Shown here: positions 1-6,871 of the stretch, piece by piece | Layout of the letters: each line of letters begins with the position of its first letter | Position numbering within the stretch: position 1 is the stretch's first letter | NCBI GenBank assembly: GCA_035550235.1 | Contig: DASZPR010000621.1 | Coordinates: forward strand, 1-28,150 | Length of the DNA: 28,150 bases | DNA from: Verrucomicrobiia bacterium | Lineage (GTDB): Bacteria > Verrucomicrobiota > Verrucomicrobiia > Limisphaerales > DASXHY01 | Direction: 5' to 3' | The notes under the pieces: generated by a model | Seen by the model: the letters and a program-made list of their open reading frames with translations, nothing else | Database searches by the model: none | Told to the model about the DNA's origin: nothing | Program-made: the position numbers and the translations under genes

Positions 1-1
1 G

Positions 2-181
2 GATGCGACCAAGGAAATCGATCGCGTGCCGCCCAAGCCCGCGCTTTTCATGATGCAGCGCACGCGCACCTTCCAGCCCGCACTCCCCAAACGCCGCCTG
101 CCCGTCCGCATCTACCCCGGAGACAACGCCCAACCCGCTCCGGTGCAAATCATTTTTTTGAAGCCTGAACCAAAGGCTTAA
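2..181 (+). CDS. 3' end of an unidentified CDS (5'-truncated by window edge)
   Basis: Frame open from position 2 (DATKEIDRVPPKPALFMMQRTRTFQPALPKRRLPVRIYPGDNAQPAPVQIIFLKPEPKA) to TAA at 179-181, convergent with the next gene; no recognisable motif. Confidence 0.45.
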   Translation, partial: DATKEIDRVPPKPALFMMQRTRTFQPALPKRRLPVRIYPGDNAQPAPVQIIFLKPEPKA

Positions 182-240
182 GCGGCTTTTACTGCACTTT
201 ACGCAAGGTCTTCACCTCTGCGCCATCCTTCCCGCCACCT

Positions 241-930
241 TCAATGTGGCTGATTTTGAGGCACCGCCGTGTCCCGTATTGAGTTCGAGAGAATCAACCC
301 GCCGCCCCCTTCGACACCAAAAGTCGGCAGCGAAACATTCGGAACATTAAATTCCACGCGCTCAAAACCCATCAAATGAAAAAAACTCGCCAGTTGCGTG
401 CGCGCCCTTTCATTCGCGTCCCGCAAAATCCCCCCGCGCGTCGCTGACGTCCGCATATCCTCCACCGCCGTGCGCCGAATATTCTGCTCCAGATCCTTAT
501 CAAACGACCGCAAAAACCCCGTCGTGCGCTCAATCACCTTCGTCTCCTTATCATCCAAATACGCATCCGTCACGCGCGCCGGCGGCAAATTGATCCAAAT
601 CGTTTTTCCCTGGATGCGCAGGTCCTCCGGCTTCAACTGCTTGAAATCCACCCCCGCCTTCACCACCCCGCGCGCGAGCAACAAAATCCGATTATCCCCC
701 GCCACAAACTGCATCAACCCCGACGGCGGATCCTCCCAAATCTCCACCTTCTCCACCACATACTTCACCGTCACCAACTCCGACAACGTCTGCACCTGCT
801 CCAGCAACACCGGCGTCTCGTAACGCGTCGTCCCCTTGCCGGCCCAGAGACGCGTCAGCCTCGACCCGCAATACAGGCCCGCCGCAAACAAAACAATCAA
901 TGCGATCGCGATGCCCACTCGCCGCTTCAT
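241..930 (-). CDS. DUF4230 domain-containing membrane-anchored protein
   Basis: N-terminal TM helix after MKRR, then the DUF4230-like pattern (ELVTVKY..EKV, ILLLARGVVKAGVDF, I.LPPARVTDAYLD, ILRDANERA..L..F). ATG 930 preferred over 984 because a -10 box lies 6 nt upstream. Confidence 0.75.
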   Translation of the reverse strand: MKRRVGIAIALIVLFAAGLYCGSRLTRLWAGKGTTRYETPVLLEQVQTLSELVTVKYVVEKVEIWEDPPSGLMQFVAGDNRILLLARGVVKAGVDFKQLKPEDLRIQGKTIWINLPPARVTDAYLDDKETKVIERTTGFLRSFDKDLEQNIRRTAVEDMRTSATRGGILRDANERARTQLASFFHLMGFERVEFNVPNVSLPTFGVEGGGGLILSNSIRDTAVPQNQPH

Positions 931-936
931 GCCGCG

Positions 937-966
937 AGCATAGCCGGTAGGGCATCGCTGCCGCAA
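937..966 (-). promoter_or_regulatory. Putative sigma70 promoter of the DUF4230 gene (leaderless)
   Basis: Minus strand TTGCGG(966-961)-18 nt-TATGCT(942-937)-6 nt-ATG(930); the -35 lies inside a GTAG repeat. Confidence 0.45.
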
Positions 967-1011
967 TGCCCCATATTCCGTCACGCGCGTTCAGCGCGAG
1001 ACGAAAAATCC
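947..1011 (+). repeat. GTAG-tagged palindromic repeat with 3' extension, copy 1
   Basis: gtagggcatcgctgccgcaatgcccc...; 59 of 65 aligned positions match 3011-3074; internal hairpin gggcat(c/t)gc-tgcc-gcaatgccc. Confidence 0.85.
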
Positions 1012-1048
1012 TTCGCCAGGTTGCAAAGCATTTTGAACCGGCCAATAG

Positions 1049-1110
1049 GTGGGGCGAGCGTCCTCGCGAGCCTTCTTTCGTAGGAGACGACGTGAGGAGT
1101 CTCAAATTAG
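1049..1110 (+). repeat. Two tandem REP-like units (GTGG-tagged 1049-1072, GTAG-tagged 1080-1110)
   Basis: gtggggcgagcgtcctcgcgagcc, then gtaggagacgacgtgaggagtctcaaattag; the latter is the same family as 16509 and 20806. Confidence 0.7.
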
Positions 1111-1138
1111 TTCTTCCTTCTGCATTCTTCCCTCTTCC
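1111..1138 (+). repeat. Degenerate heptamer tandem repeat (ttcttcc x4)
   Basis: ttcttcc ttctgca ttcttcc ctcttcc. Confidence 0.5.
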
Positions 1139-1162
1139 TTTCCGATAGTGTACCCTATCCCC

Positions 1163-2251
1163 ATGAAATTTGTCGGCCAATTCCCCACCTACCGCCCCCG
1201 ACGCTTGCGCGCCACCGCCCCCCTGCGCCGCCTCGTCCGCGAAACCCAATTGAGCGCCGCCCAACTCGTCCTCCCGCTCTTCGCCCGCAGCGGACGCAAA
1301 CTCCGCCGCCCCATCGCCGCCATGCCCGGCGTCTTTCAACTCTCCCCCGACGAACTCCTCCGCGACGCCACCGCCGCCCACGCCGCCGGCATCCCCGCCA
1401 TCCTGCTCTTCGGCATCCCCGACAAAAAAGACGCCCAAGCCACCGGTGCCTACGCCGCCAACGGTATCGTCCAACAAACCGTCCGCCTTCTCAAAAAAGA
1501 ATTGCCCGAACTGCTGGTCATCACCGACGTCTGCCTCTGCGAATACATGGAACACGGCCACTGCGGAATCATCGGCACGGAGCGCGGAGCATCCGCTCCG
1601 CAAGTTGGAAGAAAAGGTAGCCATGCCAAGCAGGCGCTCGGCACTCGGGCCAAAAGTGGCAAGACCGGCACGGTCACCGGCACCGTCCTGAACGACCCCA
1701 CCCTGAAACTTTTGGCCCGCACCGCCGCCAGCCACGCCGAAGCCGGCGCCGACATCATTGCCCCCAGCGACATGATGGACGGCCGCGTCGCCGCCATCCG
1801 CGCGCAACTCGATGCCGACGGCCACCACGACACCCCCATCATGAGCTACGCCGCGAAATTCGCCTCCGCCTACTACGGCCCCTTCCGCGAAGCCGCCGAA
1901 TCCACTCCCAAATTCGGCGACCGCCGCAGCTACCAGATGGACGCCGGCAACGCCGCCGAAGCCCTGCGCGAAGTCGCCCTCGACATCCAGGAAGGCGCCG
2001 ACATCGTCATGGTCAAACCCGCCCTCGCGTACCTGGACATCGTGCACCGGGTGAAAACGGAATTTGGCTACCCCACCGCCGCGTATGCCGTCAGCGCCGA
2101 ACACGCCATGATCAAAGCCGCCGCCGCGAACGGCTGGATCGACGAACGCGCCGTCACCCTGGAAACCCTCCTCTCCATGCGCCGCGCCGGCGCCGACATC
2201 ATCATCACCTACGCCGCCGTGGATGCCGCGAAGTGGCTCACCCAGGGATAA
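1163..2251 (+). CDS. hemB: Porphobilinogen synthase (delta-aminolevulinic acid dehydratase), Zn-type, with a ~30-aa insertion
   Basis: [20 protein letters not shown] (Cys triad), [34 protein letters not shown]. Start at ATG 1163; the ORF-track extension from 1049 translates repeat DNA. Confidence 0.97.
   Translation: MKFVGQFPTYRPRRLRATAPLRRLVRETQLSAAQLVLPLFARSGRKLRRPIAAMPGVFQLSPDELLRDATAAHAAGIPAILLFGIPDKKDAQATGAYAANGIVQQTVRLLKKELPELLVITDVCLCEYMEHGHCGIIGTERGASAPQVGRKGSHAKQALGTRAKSGKTGTVTGTVLNDPTLKLLARTAASHAEAGADIIAPSDMMDGRVAAIRAQLDADGHHDTPIMSYAAKFASAYYGPFREAAESTPKFGDRRSYQMDAGNAAEALREVALDIQEGADIVMVKPALAYLDIVHRVKTEFGYPTAAYAVSAEHAMIKAAAANGWIDERAVTLETLLSMRRAGADIIITYAAVDAAKWLTQG
1579..1601 (+). 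repeat. Palindromic unit at the start of the in-frame hemB insertion
   Basis: ggagcgcggagcatccgctccgc: perfect 7-bp stem gcggagc(1584-1590)/gctccgc(1595-1601). Confidence 0.55.
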
Positions 2252-2253
2252 CG

Positions 2254-2281
2254 CGGAACTCGGAACTCGGAATGCGGAACC
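2254..2281 (+). repeat. Heptamer tandem repeat (cggaact x4) after the hemB stop
   Basis: cggaact cggaact cggaatg cggaacc. Confidence 0.75.
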
Positions 2282-2290
2282 GGCACGGAG

Positions 2291-2490
2291 GTAGGGCGCG
2301 TCACTCCGTGCGCGCCGGGCTGTGATGCAACCGTCGTGCGATCTCCCCCCTCTACGACTTGGCACGATCGGGCACGACCGTCTTTGAATTACAATGGGTT
2401 GCGTGGGCACGACTGCAATGCGACGAGTGAATTGTGAATGGGTTTGCTCCTGATGAATCCGAGCGGCGCGCACGGAGTGACGCGCCCTAC
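2291..2490. repeat. REPIN-like doublet of GTAG repeats
   Basis: Perfect 27-bp inverted repeat gtagggcgcgtcactccgtgcgcgccg (2291-2317) / 2464-2490 around a 146-bp spacer that holds several gcacga(c) motifs. Confidence 0.9.
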
Positions 2491-2590
2491 TTTTCAGATG
2501 CATACCCCGGTTTAATAGGCTGGCACCGTCTGGAACACGTTCTGGAACTGGAAGTTGCGTTTTGGGTTTTCCCCGGAAGATGGATCTAGC

Positions 2591-2618
2591 CACAGATTCG
2601 CGCAGATGAACACAGATT
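2591..2618 (+). repeat. Period-10 tandem repeat (cacagatt-type)
   Basis: cacagattcg cgcagatgaa cacagatt. Confidence 0.55.
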
Positions 2619-2688
2619 AAGCATCCACTACCAGCCGATCCGCCTCCGCCTGACTCCGGCGCAACAAGGGCACGAGGCCCATACTGAA

Positions 2689-2790
2689 AGGGCTGAAGGC
2701 CCGAAAGAGGAAAGCCCAGGGAAAGCGAGTCAGACGAGCGCAGCCCTGGGTAATCCGTCCAAAAATTCGCCAAGCGCTGAAAGTGCGACA
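2689..2790. repeat. TGAA(A)G-loop / cccaggg...ccctggg palindromic element
   Basis: gggctgaaggccc hairpin, cccaggg(2715-2721)/ccctggg(2744-2750) inverted pair, then cgctgaaagtgcg. Confidence 0.5.
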
Positions 2791-2974
2791 GAAATCGATT
2801 AGAGGAAATCCGGCGCACTGCCTGCGTCCTGCTCCCGCGAACCCAATGATGCTTCATGCCCGGTTCCATTTGCCCTTCTGCCCTCCTTCCTTGCGGCTGT
2901 TATAGCATTGATGTCAATGCGTCGCGAGAACGGTGTCGGGAAATTCATTGGTGGCTGCGTCACCAACGGAATAT

Positions 2975-3001
2975 GAGGCGGCGTGGCAGCGACCGCCCTA
3001 C
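2975..3001 (-). repeat. GTAG-tagged REP-like unit
   Basis: Minus strand gtagggcggtcgctgccacgccgcctc, back-to-back with the copy at 3011. Confidence 0.7.
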
Positions 3002-3010
3002 CAATCGTAG

Positions 3011-3074
3011 GTAGGGCATTGCTGCCGCAATGCCCCATTCTCCGTGACGCGCGTTCAGCGCGGGACGAAAATCC
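3011..3074 (+). repeat. GTAG-tagged palindromic repeat with 3' extension, copy 2
   Basis: Direct repeat of 947-1011; perfect 9-bp stem gggcattgc-tgcc-gcaatgccc. Confidence 0.85.
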
Positions 3075-3100
3075 ATAGCGTTCGCCTTCGCATCGCAAAC

Positions 3101-3129
3101 TCGACATAACCGGACGAAATGCCTAGTCT
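3101..3129 (+). promoter_or_regulatory. Putative sigma70 promoter of the ankyrin gene (leaderless)
   Basis: TCGACA(3101-3106)-17 nt-TAGTCT(3124-3129)-6 nt-ATG(3136). Confidence 0.55.
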
Positions 3130-3135
3130 TTCCGC

Positions 3136-5613
3136 ATGAAAGCGAGGTGTCCGTTTTTTCCGCGACGTTGCCATTGGCTCATTGCGACCGCCATTCTTTT
3201 CTACGCATTCCTTATGAAGGGAATTGAACCCAAACCGCAAAATGCTGAACTCAAAATCGGCGATCAAACTCTGAAACCGATTGAGGTGATAACCAATGGA
3301 CGAACCACGCACCTCGCTGGCACGAATCGATTTTTTGTCGCGGGAACTGATGTGCAGCGTCCCGCGATGGGAAATGATACGGCTTGGACTGCCCGCTCGG
3401 ATGACGGCGCGTCACTGGAGTGGATAGCCGCGACCACGAATACGGCTTATCTGCGGGGAAACAAGGCCAGCGAGCGCAGATATTCAGATTACGATTTTCC
3501 ACCACGCATTCGGCAGCTGGATCTCAAGACGGGAAAATGGCTGCCTGATTTACAGCTCCCCGTGCCATCGGAGTCATTCAAACCGAGAAGCGTTTTGGAA
3601 GTGCTGACGGACCGGGATAATCGAGTGGTCGTCCTGATCGGTTTGATAAAACGGAATACTTTCCAACTCGAAAACAACCTGTTCGAAGGTTATAGCCTGG
3701 CCGTGTTCAACGAGCGCGACAACAAACCGCTGTGGACGCATGAATTTGCATCGGAAGGAGCACGACCTTACACGGGCGGTTTTTTGTGGGGCGTCCCGCC
3801 ACCGAGATACGCGGATTCGCAGATTCGCCGGCTGAACTGGCTCGGGGAACGTCTCCTGGTGTGCCCCGAGGCGATGCAGCCCGTTTATTGTTTCAATCCG
3901 GACACGGGCTCGGAACTCTGGCACGTGGAGCGGCTCTGGGAATTTCAGCGAGGATTCATCGGTCCCAGCGTGTGGGCACACTACATCAGCCGGTTTGGTG
4001 ACGAGGAATACACCTTTAACAGATCAACTCCGACAAATTTTGTCCCGCAGCGAAAAGCCTTTGATGAACATTTCACTTGCGCACTTGCCGGTGGTCCCGC
4101 CGTCGTGCCGCTCCATTTCGAACGAGATCAGGACGCGCATAGCGTGTTTATTACGGCGGTAAAAGGGCCTGCGAGGGAATACTCCGGTTATCTTTCCGAT
4201 TGCGTCGTCTATGAGCTTGGAGACGACGGCAAACCGGTCTCGATGGGCACACTGCCGCAAGTGGCGGATGGCTCGGAATTTTCCATTCACGATGGCGACG
4301 CGATTTGGAAATGCCAGCACGAGACGTTCGTGCGGCTGAGCCCCGCGCGCAAGGCACCAACACCGGGTATGTTTGGGGACGCCAACTCGGATGGCCTTTT
4401 CAATTTGGTCTGGACCCGGCGCGTGCAGTATGAGCCGCCCAAGGCATTTTTGCTCACGGGCAAAAATGGAGACCCGGCGGCGTTTGGGGAGTCATGGGCC
4501 TTTTGCAATCCCGGCGGCGGATACGTTTTGCGAGAGGAGGATAAGCGGTTCCACTTTCCGCTCGCCGCGGTCAATCTGTCCAGCGGCGAAGATGCCGCCA
4601 TGATTTTGACCGTGCCGTTTGACGGAAAACTTTTTCTCCCGGATACCAACATCCGCAGCGAAGGCGGGCCGCACGGTTATCACACCACCGTCAATCCGCT
4701 CGAGATGGCTCTCACGTATTTGCAAGCATACGGAAATCGATTGGACGTGATGATTACCACGGAATCCAGCACATGGACGCTCTCGTTCGATGTCAGTAAG
4801 GCGCTCCCGACCACCACGAAAACTCCGGTCGTTCGCAGCAGCAATTCGAAGGTTATCGAACTCGGCTACACTTTACGGACACAAAAGGACAAGGACGAGG
4901 CGTTGCAGGAGTTTGCCCGCGGCATGGATGTCGAGACCGTCAAAATGCTCGTGAAGAACGGCGCCAATCCCAAATACAATTCAACCTCTGGATGGACGGC
5001 GTTGATGGTCGCGGCGGAGCGAGGAACCGGGGACATGGTCGAAACGTTAATCGCAGCGGGCTCTGACGTAAATGCCACGGAAAGAAATTACGGTCAAACG
5101 GTTTTGATGTTTGCAGCACGCAGTGCATATCAACCCAAACAGAAAGTTCGCGCATTGTTAAACGCTGGTGCCGATCTGAATGGTGCCACAACGAACGGCT
5201 GGAATGCGCTGATGGCATCAGCAAATTGGGGCAATCTAGAGATGGTGGAATACCTGCTCGGAGCCGGTTTGAGCGTCTCAAGCCGGGATCACGATGGTGA
5301 CACTGTCTTAATGGCGGCCGCATCCGGGGAAGCAAAGCCAAGCGTAATTTCCACATTGATCAAAGCGGGAGCGGAAGTCAACGCGACCAATAACGAAGGA
5401 ATGACTGCGTTGATGCTGGCGGCCAAATCCGTGGACATCACCGAAGCGGTGGAGGTTTTACTCAAAGCTGGCGCGAATCCCAATCTCAAAGACAAAAAGG
5501 GACGGACGGCGCTTGAGATAGCAATCGAGGCTCAATCGCAAACCGTCGGCGTGAACGACGGCCTCACAAATCTTCTGAAGTCAGCAGCCTCAGCCAAGGC
5601 GAGGGCACGTTAA
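3136..5613 (+). CDS. Exported protein: uncharacterised N-terminal beta-rich (PQQ/beta-propeller-like) region plus about 6 C-terminal ankyrin repeats
   Basis: Hydrophobic N-terminus; propeller-like strings LDLKTGKW and VYCFNPDTGSELW; ankyrin consensus units GWTALMVAA, GQTVLMFAA, GWNALMASA, GDTVLMAAA, GMTALMLAA, GRTALEIA. Confidence 0.8.
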   Translation: MKARCPFFPRRCHWLIATAILFYAFLMKGIEPKPQNAELKIGDQTLKPIEVITNGRTTHLAGTNRFFVAGTDVQRPAMGNDTAWTARSDDGASLEWIAATTNTAYLRGNKASERRYSDYDFPPRIRQLDLKTGKWLPDLQLPVPSESFKPRSVLEVLTDRDNRVVVLIGLIKRNTFQLENNLFEGYSLAVFNERDNKPLWTHEFASEGARPYTGGFLWGVPPPRYADSQIRRLNWLGERLLVCPEAMQPVYCFNPDTGSELWHVERLWEFQRGFIGPSVWAHYISRFGDEEYTFNRSTPTNFVPQRKAFDEHFTCALAGGPAVVPLHFERDQDAHSVFITAVKGPAREYSGYLSDCVVYELGDDGKPVSMGTLPQVADGSEFSIHDGDAIWKCQHETFVRLSPARKAPTPGMFGDANSDGLFNLVWTRRVQYEPPKAFLLTGKNGDPAAFGESWAFCNPGGGYVLREEDKRFHFPLAAVNLSSGEDAAMILTVPFDGKLFLPDTNIRSEGGPHGYHTTVNPLEMALTYLQAYGNRLDVMITTESSTWTLSFDVSKALPTTTKTPVVRSSNSKVIELGYTLRTQKDKDEALQEFARGMDVETVKMLVKNGANPKYNSTSGWTALMVAAERGTGDMVETLIAAGSDVNATERNYGQTVLMFAARSAYQPKQKVRALLNAGADLNGATTNGWNALMASANWGNLEMVEYLLGAGLSVSSRDHDGDTVLMAAASGEAKPSVISTLIKAGAEVNATNNEGMTALMLAAKSVDITEAVEVLLKAGANPNLKDKKGRTALEIAIEAQSQTVGVNDGLTNLLKSAASAKARAR

Positions 5614-5717
5614 AAGCCGGAACTGACCAAATATCATATCATCCCATCAAGATACGATGATTTTATACTTGCGGCCGTTTTCACCCTCCGCTATTTTCGA
5701 ACCAACAAATCAAGCCG

Positions 5718-6626
5718 ATGAGCAATACAACTGAGAACGGCACCAAATTGGTTCGCGATATTTACGCCGCCAAAATCGCCGCGGGCAAGCCGGTGGTTTC
5801 CTTCGAATTTTTTCCGCCCAAAACTCCCGAGGGCGATCAAAACCTGCTCGAAAAAACCCTCCCCGCCTTGCTGCAGGCCAAGCCGGATTTTTGCTCCGTC
5901 ACCTACGGCGCCGGCGGCAGCACGCGCGACAAGACCTTGATGATCGTCGATCGCATCCAGAAACAGCACGGCCTCACCGCCGTGGCGCATCTCACGTGCG
6001 TCTCCGCCACCAAGGACGAGATTCGCGGGTTGCTGGAGCAGATCAAGACGCTCGGCGTGCGCAACGTCCTCGCGCTCCGCGGCGATCCGCCCGGCGGCGG
6101 CGCTTTCAAGGTCACGCCCGGCGGGTTCGAATACTCCAATCAACTCGTGGAATTCATTCGCGGCCTGGACCATTTCAGCATCGGCGTCGCGGGATTCCCC
6201 GAAGGCCACATCGCGTGCAAGGCCGGCAAGCACGTGGATTGGGGTTATCTGAAAAACAAGATCGACGCCGGCGCGGACTACGTGCTCACGCAATTGTTTT
6301 TCGACAATGCGGATTTTTATGAGTTCCGCGATTACCTGCACAAACTCGGCGTGAAAATTCCGGTCGTGCCGGGCATCGTGTCGATTCTCAACGCGAACCA
6401 GATCAAGAAATTCACCGCCATGTGCGGCGCGCGCATCCCCGCCCCGCTCGCGGCCAAACTCGACACCCTCGCCGACGACGAAGCCGCCGCCACGGAATTC
6501 GGCATCGAATACGCGACGGAACAGTGCCGCGACCTATTGAAAAACGGCGTGCCGGGAATTCATTTCTACACGTTGAACAAATCAAACGCCACCTTGCGCG
6601 TGTTGAAGAATTTGGGGTTGGCGTAG
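5718..6626 (+). CDS. metF: Methylenetetrahydrofolate reductase
   Basis: SFEFFPPKT, SVTYGAGGSTR, AHLTCV, LALRGDPP, VAGFPEGH, KIDAGAD..LTQLFFD, GIHFYTLN. Confidence 0.97.
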   Translation: MSNTTENGTKLVRDIYAAKIAAGKPVVSFEFFPPKTPEGDQNLLEKTLPALLQAKPDFCSVTYGAGGSTRDKTLMIVDRIQKQHGLTAVAHLTCVSATKDEIRGLLEQIKTLGVRNVLALRGDPPGGGAFKVTPGGFEYSNQLVEFIRGLDHFSIGVAGFPEGHIACKAGKHVDWGYLKNKIDAGADYVLTQLFFDNADFYEFRDYLHKLGVKIPVVPGIVSILNANQIKKFTAMCGARIPAPLAAKLDTLADDEAAATEFGIEYATEQCRDLLKNGVPGIHFYTLNKSNATLRVLKNLGLA

Positions 6627-6645
6627 TTCTTTGAAAAACGGAGAT

Positions 6646-6790
6646 GGGGAGCGCAGCCGCCTCGGCTGCAGTCCGGTGCGCCTCGCGCCGGACCAGAGGG
6701 CGTAGGAATGCGCCACACCGTGGTTCCATTTCACGCCGTGCGTGAGCCGCGAGGGCGCGGCTCACTGCGCTCGGGGCGGGCGCGCTCCCC
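6646..6790. repeat. 145-bp nested-hairpin miniature element between convergent metF and PFOR genes
   Basis: 9-bp terminal IR ggggagcgc/gcgctcccc; internal stems gcagccg-cct-cggctgc, gtccggtgcg-cct-cgcgccggac and gtgagccgcg-aggg-cgcggctcac. Confidence 0.75.
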
Positions 6791-6792
6791 GG

Positions 6793-6822
6793 AAAAAAAG
6801 AGACCGCCATTGCTGGCGGTCT
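6793..6822 (-). terminator. Intrinsic terminator of the PFOR gene
   Basis: 9-bp stem agaccgcca-ttgc-tggcggtct, followed on the minus strand by C and a T7 run (A-run at 6793-6799). Confidence 0.75.
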
Positions 6823-6843
6823 GATCGAATCGTTAAACGGTTC

Positions 6844-6867
6844 GCACGGGCGAGACGCCCGTGCCAC
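6844..6867 (-). repeat. GTGG-tagged REP-like hairpin
   Basis: gcacgggcg-aga-cgcccgtgc perfect 9-bp stem, 4 nt past the PFOR stop. Confidence 0.7.
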
Positions 6868-6871
6868 TAGA

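Noticed and set aside
692-2869. 725-aa minus-strand ORF
   Set aside because: Antisense shadow of hemB plus translated repeat DNA; no domain motifs. Long antisense frames are expected at high GC.
947-3074. Repeats as a possible CRISPR array
   Set aside because: Units are dispersed or inverted, not regularly spaced direct repeats with unique spacers, and no cas genes are present.
5614-5717. SAM/SAH riboswitch upstream of metF
   Set aside because: Short AT-rich gap with no recognisable aptamer core or stems.
5691-6341. 216-aa minus-strand ORF
   Set aside because: Antisense to metF.
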